The position numbers and the translations under genes were made by a program. DNA of 61,336 nt from Ministeria vibrans ATCC 50519 (lineage: Eukaryota > Protista > Filasterea), in the NCBI GenBank assembly GCA_943704425.1, contig CALSCP010000173.1:1-61336 (forward strand). The letters are read 5' to 3'. Shown piece by piece: positions 15,999-28,036 of the stretch (position 1 is its first letter; each line of letters begins with the position of its first letter). The notes under the pieces are model-generated. The model was not told the DNA's origin. It saw nothing but the letters and a program-made list of their open reading frames with translations, and did not search any database.

Positions 15999-18314
15999 AT
16001 GACCGAACCCGTGCGCGCCTTTGCCAATTTCGGCGCAGGTGTCGTTGAAAGTCCCAACGATGCCATTCAGTTGCAAAATTTAGCGCCGACAGTGCCGTCG
16101 TCGTCGTCACCATTGTCGCTGGCCTCGCCTACAGCCACCATCAAGGCTTTTTCGACGTTTGGTGATGATGCTGGGATGAGCTCGGTGGTTGAATCCAAGT
16201 TCAATCTTGCCAGCTCGAACGAAGCCACAGCCTATGCCACGCTGGGCCACCAGCATGATATTGCCAATGTCCCCGTCGCCTCTCAGCAACACCTGCAACA
16301 ACATCATCATCAGCAGCAGCAACAACAACAACAACAACAACAACAAAGAAGCGCTCCTGCATCACTTCCTGACAGTCCGTCCATTCTGTCACACGTCGTA
16401 GACTCGAGCCCCTCTGCATTGTCCAGCAACGACCCCGCAAGTAACTACCGACGACGTTCGCGCTCTGCCACGTCGTTTCGTCGACGCGACCGTCAGCAAC
16501 GCGATGCGGCCGTGCAGCTGGCTCTCAACGACTTCGTGCAGCTGTCAAATCCACCGCCTGCTCATCATGGCGTCGCGTACAAACGCATTCTCGTGAATAT
16601 CTCCAAGGTGATGGGCACCATTGCACCTCTGAACGCGGTCACGGGAAGGGGCGATCATCCGCTTCTCGACTTTGTCAACGCAGTGCTGCGTGGTGCGGGT
16701 CAAGTGGTGCTCATGAACAACCCCCTGACGGGTATGGGCATTCTCTTGGCGCTCTTTCTTGACAGTCCATGGCTGGGCCTTGTAGCTTTGGTTGGCCTTG
16801 TCACCGCCACGCTGACGGCAGTATTCTTGCAACTTGACAAGACGTCGATTCGCAACGGCCTTTACGGCTACAACGGCGTACTTGTTGGCTGTGCTCTCGC
16901 GACCTTCGATCTTCGCCCCGACTGGCGCATTGAGCTGATCCCACCTGTCATTCTTATGGCCGCCTTTAGTACCGTTGTGATGGTTGCACTGGGTGCACTT
17001 CTCGTACCCACCTACTACGTTCCGCCCTTTACCCTTCCCTTCAACTTGAGCGCAACCACCTATCTTCTCGGCACCCTTCGCTTCGGCTATCTACCCACCA
17101 CCCTTTCGCCGGCCCTAGCCGTCGCTGCCACTGCCATTGCACCATCGCCCAACCCCGTCGACTGGTGGAATCTCGCGCAGGGTGTTGCTCGTGGCCTTGC
17201 CCAAGTGTTCCTCGCTGACTCGGCCGTGTCGGGTGTTATCATTGCTGCCTCCATCGCCATCTGCTCCCCCATCTCAGCCCTAGCGGCTGTCTGCGGCTCG
17301 GCCGTCGGTGCGCTCACAGGCCTGGCTATTGGCGCGCCCACCGGCGATATCTACCTTGGTCTTTACTCGTACAACAGTGTTCTTGGTGCCATCTCTCTTT
17401 GCGGCATGTTTTTCATCTTCTCCTGGCGCATTGCCCTTCTCAGCGTCTTCTGCGCAACCCTCTGCGCCATTGCCTCGTCTGCACTCGGTGTGCTCTTCTT
17501 GCCGGCCGGTTTGCCCGTCCTCACCTTCCCCTTTTGCCTTATCACTCTTGCATTTGTGCTTATGCAAGGCGCGCTACCTCACCTGCGCCCCGTTGCCCTC
17601 GCAGCCATGACCGTTCCCGAAGACCACTTGCGCCGCGACCGTGCATTCTCTCGTTTTCAACAGCGCGCCTGTGCCATCGTGCGTCTCGTCGCTCAACTCA
17701 AGCACCACCTCAAGGAGCCTATCATCAGTAGCGATCGCGCCAACAGCGACCAATTCACCCGCGTTGATTCGCACCAGTCCCCATTGCTCGCCAACAGCGC
17801 TTCGTCGCGCACCCTGCCCGAGCCCGAGTGTTTTGTTGACATCAAGATGGCGCACGTTGCCGACTCTATTGCCAAAATCCTGTCGGTGCATCGACTGCGC
17901 GCCCTTCATCAACAGTTCAAGCTGGCCGACGTGCACAACGTAGGCCATTTGGGTGTCGACGCTATTGAAGCGATGCTGCGCGAGACCGGTGGAACGTGCG
18001 GTCATCTGACGCGCGACGACATTGTGCGGCTCGTCCAGCTAGTGGACATTGATTGCAATGGTCAGATTGACTCGGATGAGTTCTGTTTTCTTTTTGCCAT
18101 CAATAAGGCCGACTCGGTCGTCACTCTTTGGTTCAACATGGCCTCTAGCGACGGTTTCACTGTCACCCTTGACGAGTTTCTCGACGTCCTGTCGCCCGAC
18201 ACACTCGCCCAATTCTCCCACCAAGACCACCTGTTCCTGGACCGCGCATTCGAAGACACTCCTGACTTGCGCTTGGTCGATCTTCGTCGGGTTCTTTCCA
18301 TTGCCGTTCAATAG
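15999..18314 (+). CDS. Urea transporter (UT/SLC14 family) with C-terminal EF-hand region; single coding exon
   Basis: LRGAGQVVLMNNPLTG, NGLYGYNGVLVG, PPFTLPFN, RGLAQVFL, GLYSYNSVL, PVLTFPFCL are UT signature repeats; canonical EF loop DIDCNGQIDSDE. Confidence 0.92.
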   Translation: MTEPVRAFANFGAGVVESPNDAIQLQNLAPTVPSSSSPLSLASPTATIKAFSTFGDDAGMSSVVESKFNLASSNEATAYATLGHQHDIANVPVASQQHLQQHHHQQQQQQQQQQQQRSAPASLPDSPSILSHVVDSSPSALSSNDPASNYRRRSRSATSFRRRDRQQRDAAVQLALNDFVQLSNPPPAHHGVAYKRILVNISKVMGTIAPLNAVTGRGDHPLLDFVNAVLRGAGQVVLMNNPLTGMGILLALFLDSPWLGLVALVGLVTATLTAVFLQLDKTSIRNGLYGYNGVLVGCALATFDLRPDWRIELIPPVILMAAFSTVVMVALGALLVPTYYVPPFTLPFNLSATTYLLGTLRFGYLPTTLSPALAVAATAIAPSPNPVDWWNLAQGVARGLAQVFLADSAVSGVIIAASIAICSPISALAAVCGSAVGALTGLAIGAPTGDIYLGLYSYNSVLGAISLCGMFFIFSWRIALLSVFCATLCAIASSALGVLFLPAGLPVLTFPFCLITLAFVLMQGALPHLRPVALAAMTVPEDHLRRDRAFSRFQQRACAIVRLVAQLKHHLKEPIISSDRANSDQFTRVDSHQSPLLANSASSRTLPEPECFVDIKMAHVADSIAKILSVHRLRALHQQFKLADVHNVGHLGVDAIEAMLRETGGTCGHLTRDDIVRLVQLVDIDCNGQIDSDEFCFLFAINKADSVVTLWFNMASSDGFTVTLDEFLDVLSPDTLAQFSHQDHLFLDRAFEDTPDLRLVDLRRVLSIAVQ

Positions 18315-18477
18315 CGCAGACACATGTACAGTGAGAAAACGACACCAAAACAGATCTTGATACGCGTTCCTTGTAATTCGTACGTAACCCCCCGCCAAAC
18401 CATTGTAAAAAAACGTTAATAAAAACCATTATGTACTTGTCACTCCTCTTGTCACTCTCTGACTGCACTCTCCAATC

Positions 18478-20922
18478 TCATGCGGTCACGGCCGTACTGA
18501 AAAGCTTCTCCTCCGGTGCAATGGTGATCTCGCCACAAGGTTCCGTTTGAGCAATCTACTCGAAGTCAAGTGTTATGATGAGAAAGAAGTGTAAGAAAAA
18601 CCCTTCCGTACGTCAATGAGACCACGCGTCTTGAGCAGCAGAATCTCAAAGAGCGACGAAGCCGCCGTGCGACGGTTCTTGCCGGCAATCAGACTACCAA
18701 AGGCAACTTCCTGTCTCGATGCCTTGCCCTTCTTCTTGGACGACGACGCCACCGAATTCGCATCAAAGTGCGACTGCAACTGTCCAACCATTCGCTGCGT
18801 GCGTCGACTCCAACCCGATGAAGTGCCACCCGACGTCAGCGTGGACTCATCGCCGCCGGCGCCCATCTCGTCAAGGACTTCGTCTCCGAGCTCGCCCATT
18901 GTTGTCGCCTCCTCTTGTTGCAGCGGAGGCAACTCGAACCCACCCTCCTCCTCCGTCGGCATCATCATTGGCGCCATCTCATCGCCGCCAAACTCCATTG
19001 GCGCCGCCTCCTCTTGGTGTTGCTCGGCGTTGTTCATTTCGAGTGTCAAGTTGATGGCGTCGTGGTCGTCCGCGTCCTGTTGCTGCTGTCCTTGCTGCAA
19101 GTGCTGTTCGCTAGGGTCCCCACCGGCGCGCGTGGTGGCCGCCTCAGTGTACAAGGGCACCACCTGTTCGGGCAGCAGGTCCGCCAGTGCCGGTACACCA
19201 AATGCGGCACTTGTGCTCTTGGCCGTCAGTGTGGCACTTGTCTTGTGTCGCTTCGACTGTTGTTGCTGCTGTTGTTGTTGCTGTTGCTGTTGCTGGAGGA
19301 GTTTTTGGTGGTGATCGCGCGAGAGAGGAGGCAAAGGAGTGCGTTTGCGCACGGTGTCGTCCCAGTCGTTCATTTGCGTCTTCATTTGTGCACTGGAGAG
19401 AATGGTTTCTCGGTCCACGACAAACTTGCGCTTGCGCTTCGACGGCTCCTTGTCCTTGGCAGCGGCAGCCGTGGCAGCATTTTTGCGGGGTGTCTCGAGC
19501 GGCGCCAGGTTGATACTGTCGTCGCGCAGGAGCATGTCACGCGACAAGTTGACCATGTCGAAGCCCCCCATGTCGTCCTCGCCACCAATGGGAATGCGCA
19601 GGCTACCGTCCGCCTCCATCATGCCGTGCATCGTGGCCGGGTCGCCCTCGTCGAGGCCGCCACCAAAGCCAGCGTCGGCAAAGGGCTGGGTGGGCATCTC
19701 TTCACGAGGAATCATTCCCGCGACGTCGGCAGCAGTGCCAGCTTCGTCGTCGAGGAGCGATGGCATGGCAAACGACGTGTGAGCATCGCGAGCGAGCAGG
19801 CCGTCGAGGTTGGAGGCGCCGCTCATGTCAAAGGATGTCATGAGCACACCGCTTGCGTTGAGGTCGTCCGACTCGTTGGAAGGATACATCTGTAACTGTG
19901 CGTCGAGATCCATCATGTCCAAGTCTGGCATGGCCATGTCGAGCTCGTTAAAGTTGTCGGGCAGCGTGATGGTGTGCACCGCAGCGACCGCATTCTCGTC
20001 ACTCAGCTCGACGACGCCTGGTCGGAATGCATGCTTCATGCGGATAAGCGCATCGCTACAGTCCACCAGCAGGTACTTGGCCTTGCGTGAGTAGATGCGC
20101 ACAACGCCAAGCATCAAGTGACCCGACGCTACGCGACAGTCAAGGAAAACACAACATAACGAAGAATTGAGAAACAATGAAAAACGGCTGGAAAAAATGA
20201 CCGCTTACTTCGCAACGCCATGGGTACCGGCGGTTGTACAATCATGTCGACCGAGTCGCAAATGTCTGTCTGGAAAATTTGGGTCTAGAAAGAGTCGAGG
20301 GGGATGAGAGAGGGAAATGCACAGGTTTTGGCGCGCTTCTTTGAAAGTTGGCGCCGACCACATTAAAAATGGCACCGAGCCGCACAAGAGCAATGTGGAG
20401 AGATGGAGGGGTTGGGATGATGTTGAGAAGAGGGGGGAGGGGGGCGGCAAGCAAAAGCAAAGCCACAAGCGATTTTTTTTTTTTTGTTTCGGTCTGTTTC
20501 TGCTGAAGAGGTGATAGTGTAGATGGAAGGGGCTTTGAAAAACAACACTTGGTGGTCACGGGAGCGGGAAGGAGGAGGGCAGGAAAAGATCAAGGGAGGA
20601 GAGCAGGAGAGTCTGTTGACTCTCTTTTTTTTTTTTTTTTTTGGATTTCGCAAAGTGTCATTGACACAGACAAACGAAAGAGGTGTTGAGTGTGGCGCTT
20701 GGGACGGAGGGGTGTGTGTTCAAGAGAGAGAAGGGTTGGACGGCACGGCGATGGGCAGCGAGTGAGGAAACAACTCGAGAGGAGTTGCAAAAACGGTTTG
20801 CGAACGTGTCTCGAAAACGCACAACGAACACTCACCTTTGTTAACTTTCGGTCCCAGTGACTCTCGAGCCAGATTTTCGCCAGAGGTGACTTCCTCGAGA
20901 GAATGAAGCTACTATAAAACAT
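18478..20922 (-). CDS. RAD21: Cohesin kleisin subunit Rad21/Scc1; four exons
   Basis: [29 protein letters not shown]|[12 protein letters not shown]...PMALR|[24 protein letters not shown]; KRKRKFVVD; C-terminal [16 protein letters not shown]...[10 protein letters not shown]. Confidence 0.93.
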
Positions 20923-21009
20923 TTGGAGAGAGCCGCAAGTGAGTGAGGAAAAATTTTGTGTTTATTTAATATTAATACTTTTAACTCTCTGATCACAATT
21001 TTTTTTTTC

Positions 21010-22056
21010 ATGTCATTCTCCTCCTACTCTTCTTCTCCTTCTACTCTTGCTTCGGCACATCCTGTTGAGCGATTTCAATTGGGCAGTCGGGATGCGGAAT
21101 GGTCTGCCCATTATTGCACACGACGACTTCACAGTGACATTGTTCAGGTAAGCATCAAAGAGCCAATTTCGCCCGCTTTACCGTACTCTTTCCACAGGTA
21201 TTTGGTGATGTAGTGGGTCCTGCACCACCGCGCGTGCAAGTCGAGCGGGAAATGAGCGTGGAAGCGTCCGAGGAGCGCGCGGCGCGGTTGTTGATCTTGC
21301 CATTCTTTATGCACACCGAAACGGACATGGTCTCGTATGGCGCCGACATTGAAACCGAAAAGAATGCCGTGCTTGAGGAGGTACTGTGCCGCTGTGGTTG
21401 TTTGGATTGCACGAATCATGACAGTGGTCTCTCATGTCACATTTCTTCTGATGTTCTTCTTCTCTTCTATGCCTTCGTGTTGACTCTCTCCATTCTTTCA
21501 TGGACCGCACCATTCTTCCTCTGAGTTCTTTGCCTTGATGATAAATTGAATTGGAAATATCTTCTTCTTCTTTTCCTTCTAGTTCTTTGCGTTGGCTCAT
21601 CGTATTTGCGACGCGCTGCCCGCCAACGATTGCTTTGCAGATTTCACGGATCCCGCCTCTGGACTTCCTGTGCGTGGACCCCGCGGTGGTCCTTCGTTCT
21701 ATCCCGAAGTTCAAGGTGCACAAATCTTACTCAAGTACCCCACCATGGACGCCGACGGCTGCTCGGTAAGAACGACAAATCAAAATGCGGTTCGCTTCTG
21801 TGCACTACACTCTTTCACAATTTACAATCTATTTCTGTGAACGTTTTGTAACTCTGTAAGAAGTGGATGTGTGTTGCATGGATAGAATCGGTTTCGAGTG
21901 TGTACAAGTACAATAACAATACTCTTGTAGGTTCTATTGCATCCGCTGTGGCACACACACGTCTACCCCGCAACCCTCTTTACGACTGCCCCCCTCGCGC
22001 TCGTTTGTGATGCGGTGCACAAAGCAATCCAATCGTATCAAACAGAAGCGGAATAA
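21010..22056 (+). CDS. MMADHC: Cobalamin trafficking protein CblD (MMADHC-like); four exons
   Basis: TETDMVSYGADIETEKNAVLEE|FFALAHRICDAL...FADFTDPASGLP...GCS|VLLHPLWHTHVYPATLFTTAP matches CblD motifs. Confidence 0.82.
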
Positions 22057-22157
22057 GGTAATATAACATGAAGAAAAATAAAATAAAAAAGGAATAAAGG
22101 GTTTTCTTTTGTTTTTTTGATTGCTCAAACGATTTTAATTTTTTATTGTATTTCTTC

Positions 22158-23416
22158 TTAGCAGCACGATGGATTGTTTTCGGGACAACGGAAGAAGTCG
22201 GGGTACTGGGCAGGACAGTGGTTGTTCATGTCCTTGTGGAAGGGCACTGAGTTGTAGCCGGGCAGCGTCAGCTCATAGTCCCCCATCAGCTACAAACGAA
22301 TTGAAGTGAACAACAACGCTCGACTGTTACATCTGCCAATATGTGTGTTTGTGTGATACCTGACAGTACGTGCCCTTGGGAGTGGTCATGAGACCATCGG
22401 GGCAGTTCTGGGTATTGAAGAAGTTTCCGTCATAAATGGCATTCATGTAATTGTCCTTGGGCGTCTGCTCGCCGCCCATCCAGTCGTCCTGACCGGCCCA
22501 CCCTGCCTTCCACATGGACGCTGCAAACACACTACACACCATTGCTCGTCCCGTGCGCGACCCGTCAAAGTAGGTCCACGCGTCGTTCTCGGGAATGGTC
22601 GTCGCCTCGGCAAACGTAAGGTTCTTCGCATCGAGTGCTATCACAAAACAAAAAGTGAATTGTGAGACAAAAGAACCAAAGTGTTATACCGCGCGTGACA
22701 CAGGTCATGTCGTTGCACTGCATGTTAAATCGCTTGTTGATTCCCTCAATGAACAGCCGGTACACGCTGACTTTGGTCTATAAGAGGCAGAAAAGAAGAC
22801 AAATTAACAAGCCGTGAATGGGAGGAAACAAATTGCAAATTGATAGAGAGAGAGAGGGAGGGAGGACGACATAAATTGAAGAGAGTGAGTGGGAGAGAAA
22901 ATGATGATAGAGAGAGTGTGCGTGCGCGTGTATGTGTGTGTGTGTGTGTTTTTTTTTTTTTACGTCGTTCTTGAGCGCACGATCAAGCGAGGGAATGAGC
23001 GCATCAAAGAGATGCTGCTCAATGGGCTGCGGTAAGTTACGCATAGGAAACGTATCCATAAAAGAATACAGCTACAAAAGAAAAAGTAATCGACAAAATT
23101 AGTGTGTGTGTGTGGTGTGGTGTGTGTGCGTACCATCGTGGAGTAACCGTAACCGAGTCCCTCGACGCTCTTAAAAAAGTCCCACGCGGCTGTTTCATTC
23201 CAGCGGTTGGCCCACTCTTCCGTCACTTGAAGGAGACCTACGTGGTAGTCTGCCTTGACGCCCAGGGGAACCCAGTCGTCGTATCTGGGGAGTGAGAGCG
23301 AGAGAAATGCATTATGACAATTTATTCAAAGCGACAAAGTAGATGAGATGTTTTGACGTACTTGTGGATGATGACACCATACGGCGGAGGCCAGTACACC
23401 TTCCCAAAGGGGTTGG
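22158..23416 (-). CDS. Uncharacterised conserved protein, probable permuted papain-like (NlpC/P60 YiiX-type) hydrolase; 5' part lost in N gap
   Basis: WNETAAWDFFKSVEGLGYGYSTM, TIPENDAWTYFDG..MVCSVFAASMWKAG, EQTPKDNY, YCQ|LMGDYELTLPGYNSVP...MNNHCP; resembles a plant/protist family I recall; fold is inferred. Confidence 0.6.
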
Positions 23417-24485
23417 CTGCAAAAAAAAAAAAAAAAAAAAAAANNNNNNNNNNNNNNNNNNNNNNNNNNNNNNNNNNNNNNNNNNNNNNNNNNNNNNNNN
23501 NNNNNNNNNNNNNNNNNNNNNNNNNNNNNNNNNNNNNNNNNNNNNNNNNNNNNNNNNNNNNNNNNNNNNNNNNNNNNNNNNNNNNNNNNNNNNNNNNNNN
23601 NNNNNNNNNNNNNNNNNNNNNNNNNNNNNNNNNNNNNNNNNNNNNNNNNNNNNNNNNNNNNNNNNNNNNNNNNNNNNNNNNNNNNNNNNNNNNNNNNNNN
23701 NNNNNNNNNNNNNNNNNNNNNNNNNNNNNNNNNNNNNNNNNNNNNNNNNNNNNNNNNNNNNNNNNNNNNNNNNNNNNNNNNNNNNNNNNNNNNNNNNNNN
23801 NNNNNNNNNNNNNNNNNNNNNNNNNNNNNNNNNNNNNNNNNNNNNNNNNNNNNNNNNNNNNNNNNNNNNNNNNNNNNNNNNNNNNNNNNNNNNNNNNNNN
23901 NNNNNNNNNNNNNNNNNNNNNNNNNNNNNNNNNNNNNNNNNNNNNNNNNNNNNNNNNNNNNNNNNNNNNNNNNNNNNNNNNNNNNNNNNNNNNNNNNNNN
24001 NNNNNNNNNNNNNNNNNNNNNNNNNNNNNNNNNNNNNNNNNNNNNNNNNNNNNNNNNNNNNNNNNNNNNNNNNNNNNNNNNNNNNNNNNNNNNNNNNNNN
24101 NNNNNNNNNNNNNNNNNNNNNNNNNNNNNNNNNNNNNNNNNNNNNNNNNNNNNNNNNNNNNNNNNNNNNNNNNNNNNNNNNNNNNNNNNNNNNNNNNNNN
24201 NNNNNNNNNNNNNNNNNNNNNNNNNNNNNNNNNNNNNNNNNNNNNNNNNNNNNNNNNNNNNNNNNNNNNNNNNNNNNNNNNNNNNNNNNNNNNNNNNNNN
24301 NNNNNNNNNNNNNNNNNNNNNNNNNNNNNNNNNNNNNNNNNNNNNNNNNNNNNNNNNNNNNNNNNNNNNNNNNNNNNNNNNNNNNNNNNNNNNNNNNNNN
24401 NNNNNNNNNNNNNNNNNNCCTATTATTTTCTTCCTCTCCGTTCGACCCTCGATCACAACTGAGACGGCCCCCCACAGCGACTGAC

Positions 24486-26050
24486 ATGCTGTACCGACAT
24501 CGAAAGACAGTGTTGCTGGTGATCGTGGTTATCTTTGGATGTGTTTTCCTCAGTGGTCTACTGTCGCCTGAGTCGCATCCCGTGAGACCCTCCGCCACCG
24601 GATCACTTGCCACAAACCGTCGGCATCGTGTGATGGACACGGTACGCGCATATCCGTCGTCAGAGCATTCCTGTTCCACAGTCGATCTTTTCTTCATTTT
24701 CGCTTTCTCACTTCACAGCATCCGCCGTCTAAAGCGGCCGCTGCGGTGCCCCCTGTCGATATTGCTGCCCCCGCTGTCGCAGCAGAGCCTGTCGTTGTCG
24801 CGGAGAAGGCGGCGAATCCCTTGGAGGCGCTGCTGGACGAGACGGCGGCCACAGCGAAGGGCACGACGGCGTACCGCAACTGTCCCGGCCGCGCTGCGTC
24901 CATCCTCGACGAGGCAGCCGCCAACATCCCCGTTGCCTTTGACGACACGGCCACCGCCATGGGCAAGGTGGTGTGCAGCAACCAGTTCTACACCGATCCG
25001 AGCGACGCGCCTTCGCCGCGTCTCGTGTACGTCGACGACGAGGCAACCGCGGGGCTTGGGTCGCGCTGGCTTCGCATGACCTCCGCCTTTGTCGATGCCA
25101 TCATGAACAAGCAGCCCTTACTGCAAATGGCGCAAGGCAACTGGGTGTACACGGACCGCACCAAGTGCCCTAAACGCACGCACGATTGCTACTTCGCACC
25201 CACCACCAATCTCACGCAGCTGTCCTACAGCGAGTTTCACCGCCTCCCCCGCGAGTACCTGCAGTACTCACGTCGCTCACTGGACCACAGTCGTTCGGGC
25301 GGCTGGCGGGTCAACTGGATTCACGAGCAGGGCTATCTCAACGGTCGCTCGGGCTGCTGGTTCACGGCGCAATTGCTGCGCTTCCTGCTGCACCCGCTGC
25401 CGTCCGTCGACGACCAGGTGCGCGCCACACGCCAGTCCCTCTTTCCCAACGGCAAACAGTGCGACGTTGCCATTCACGTGCGTCACGGCGACAAGGGCCG
25501 CGAGGCCAAGCTGCACCCGTGGTCCGAGTACGCATCAGTGCTCGAGGAGCGTCTGAACACACAGGCGCGACGCGCCGAGGGAGTGCGTCCCGTCGTGCTA
25601 CTCGTCACCGAAGATCAGTCGGTGGTCGACGAGGCGCGTCGCACGCTTGGTGCCAAGTACGATTTTATTGTGACCGACTACCCGCGGCCTAACACCGCCA
25701 TTGACCGTGCAATTGCGACGGCGCACCTCAACGGCGGACTCGAGGCGCTCAACGGCATCACCAACCTGTTTCTGGGTATCGACTGCGGCGCCTTTATCGG
25801 GACCTTTTCGTCAACATGGAGTCGACTGCATGTGCTCCTGCACTACGCCAAGTACGGGTGTCTGCCGCCCATGTACTCGCTCGACCCTGAGGAGGGTGAT
25901 GCGCCCGGCTTACGCTGGGCCGACGACTGGGGCTTTGCCGCCTGCACCAGCGCCGAGCTCAAGGCCGACCTGGCGCTCCACCGCGACCCGGCCCTTTCCC
26001 CCGTCTGCGCCCGTCGCTGGGACGCCTTTACGTATGGCGATCTTGATTGA
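24486..26050 (+). CDS. Type II membrane fucosyltransferase, GT23 (FUT8/NodZ-like); two exons (intron about 24642-24718)
   Basis: N-terminal TM anchor; AIHVRHGDKGREA GDP-fucose motif; VLLVTEDQSVV; CGAFIGTFSSTWSRL. Confidence 0.82.
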
Positions 26051-26114
26051 CCATTGATAATAATAATTATTGACAATAATAATACAGACTTCCCTTCCTT
26101 TGTAATGTAAAATA

Positions 26115-27799
26115 CTAGTAGTCACGAAAGAAATGAGTGCACACCTCAAAGGAGCAAAGGACAATGGCGGCATTAGGGACAGTACGCATGAGGTGCGGGG
26201 TGAGTCCACCATAGAGCCCCGCACGGCCCTCGGTGCGCGCAACGACAAGCAGAGTGTTGAAGAAGCCGCGGTAGGGTGCGCCCCTGGTGCTGGTGGTGGT
26301 GGAACGCTCGCGCAGACGCGTGCGTACTACCTCTGTGTGGGATGTGAGAAGAGGAGAACAGGATTTAGGTTGTCATTTGGGATAGGGTTGCATAAGGGAA
26401 TGAGAACACGGTAAGAGTTCGAGTTCGTCATTGTGTGTGTATGTGTGTGTATGTATATATATATATATATATTTGTGTGTACCGTGTGGATATGAGATGG
26501 TCGCTGCAACGAGCTTTGCAACTGCGGCTGCTCCCATGTACCCAAAAAACATGGCAGGATCGCCACTGGTCGTATTGCTACTACTGCCGCTTGTCGTGGT
26601 GGCATCCAGAGTGACGGAGTCGCTTTGCAGCATCTGACGACGCTTTTGGTGCTCCATAAGGCGTTTGCGCATCTGCTCATAGAGCACAAACTGTAACGAG
26701 GTCTCAATGGCGCCTGCGTAGCTAGCTGTGACGCCGCGCCAGAAGCCCTTGACGCCCTCCTCACGCCCAATGCTGCGCGCACACTCGACTGTCGTGCGCC
26801 ACAGCGACGGCGACCGTGCCATTACTTTTTTGCTGCTATTGCCGTCCCGTAAGTACTTAAACTGCGGCACTCTTCGCGCTGTGTCTCTATAGAGTGGGCA
26901 AAGAGTGTATGAGAGACATTCTGTTCCGTTGGGTTTGTGCTTGAGTTTTTTTGTACAGTTGAAGGCGCGTTTTGACCATCCAGATGGGATTCATCACGGT
27001 CGACGTCAACAGGCTTGCACTGGTTGCCGCTAGTAAGTGCATTGCGGCATCGTCGGGCCCAATGCGCAGGTCTGGTAGTACAGTGGGTGATGCCTAGACA
27101 CGAAAAAGTGAGTCTCCTTCGTTTTGGAGTATATATGTGCGTTTTACCAACTCCTGTTTCATTCGTGTGTAGGTGAGAAAGTAGACGGCGCGTCCAGGCG
27201 CAACGCCTCCAACGTTGGGTATTAAACCTTTCCAGAGTGAGCCGAATCCCTCTGTGCGCACAACATGTTTCAGGGCACCCACCACCGTCTAGGAAAGGGC
27301 AAAGGGGACAAGCGGTATGTGTTAATAAGGTGCACAGTGCATTAGGGATGCACGCCAGGGCGTTGGCGTCCCATGCTGTACCTTGGATCGGAGCGTACTG
27401 GCACTCGACTGAGCGCAACACACAATGGTGGTTGTCCATCCCACGAAAACGAGAAAAAGACGTGTGAGAAGAAACACAGATGCTGCGGGACTCTCGTGTG
27501 TGCGTCATGTCAGTGTACAGACTGCAACACGGGGCTGCGACGCGGAATGACGATGCACAAGCGTCGCATTGGGGAGCAGTTGGGACCAGCATGTGTAGGG
27601 GTGACTCTTCCGTCATGTTCACGCGTAAAACGACAGAAGACCCTCGTGAACTCACCTGCATGCGCGTCTTGATCACCTCCAGGGGACACGTGAAGAGGGC
27701 GCCGGCGGTTCCGCCAAGCGCGCCTCCCAACAGTGGCACCCACGCTGGCGGAGGGCGTGCAGCAGCCAGCGGGACCGAGTCGCGCCTTGTTGCTGCCAT
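26115..27799 (-). CDS. SLC25A36: Mitochondrial pyrimidine nucleotide carrier (SLC25A33/36, Rim2-like); multi-exon
   Basis: TCPLEVIKTRMQ, GVAPGRAVYFLTY, GFWRGVTASYAGAIETSLQFVLYE, SYPHEVVRTRLRE, GLYGGLTPHLMRTVPNAAI. Confidence 0.88.
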
Positions 27800-28036
27800 C
27801 CTGTGTCGCTTCTCGTGGCGCTCTGTATATGTACACTTCAGAAAAACGTATAGTGAAACAAAAAGAGTGAGAACTGAGAAGTTAAGTGAGTTGAGTGAGA
27901 CTGAGAAGTGTCAAGAATAAGAGCGAGAATCATTGAATGAATACGACGCTCGAAATTCAACTCATATTTTTCTCATTTCTTTCACGTAGCTCACGCTAGT
28001 TAGTATCTTTTCACTAGACACTTGAGCGTATTCGCG

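Noticed and set aside
23312-25079. Long ORFs running through poly-X
   Set aside because: Artefacts of translating the N gap; the same applies to ORFs across 30795-31404
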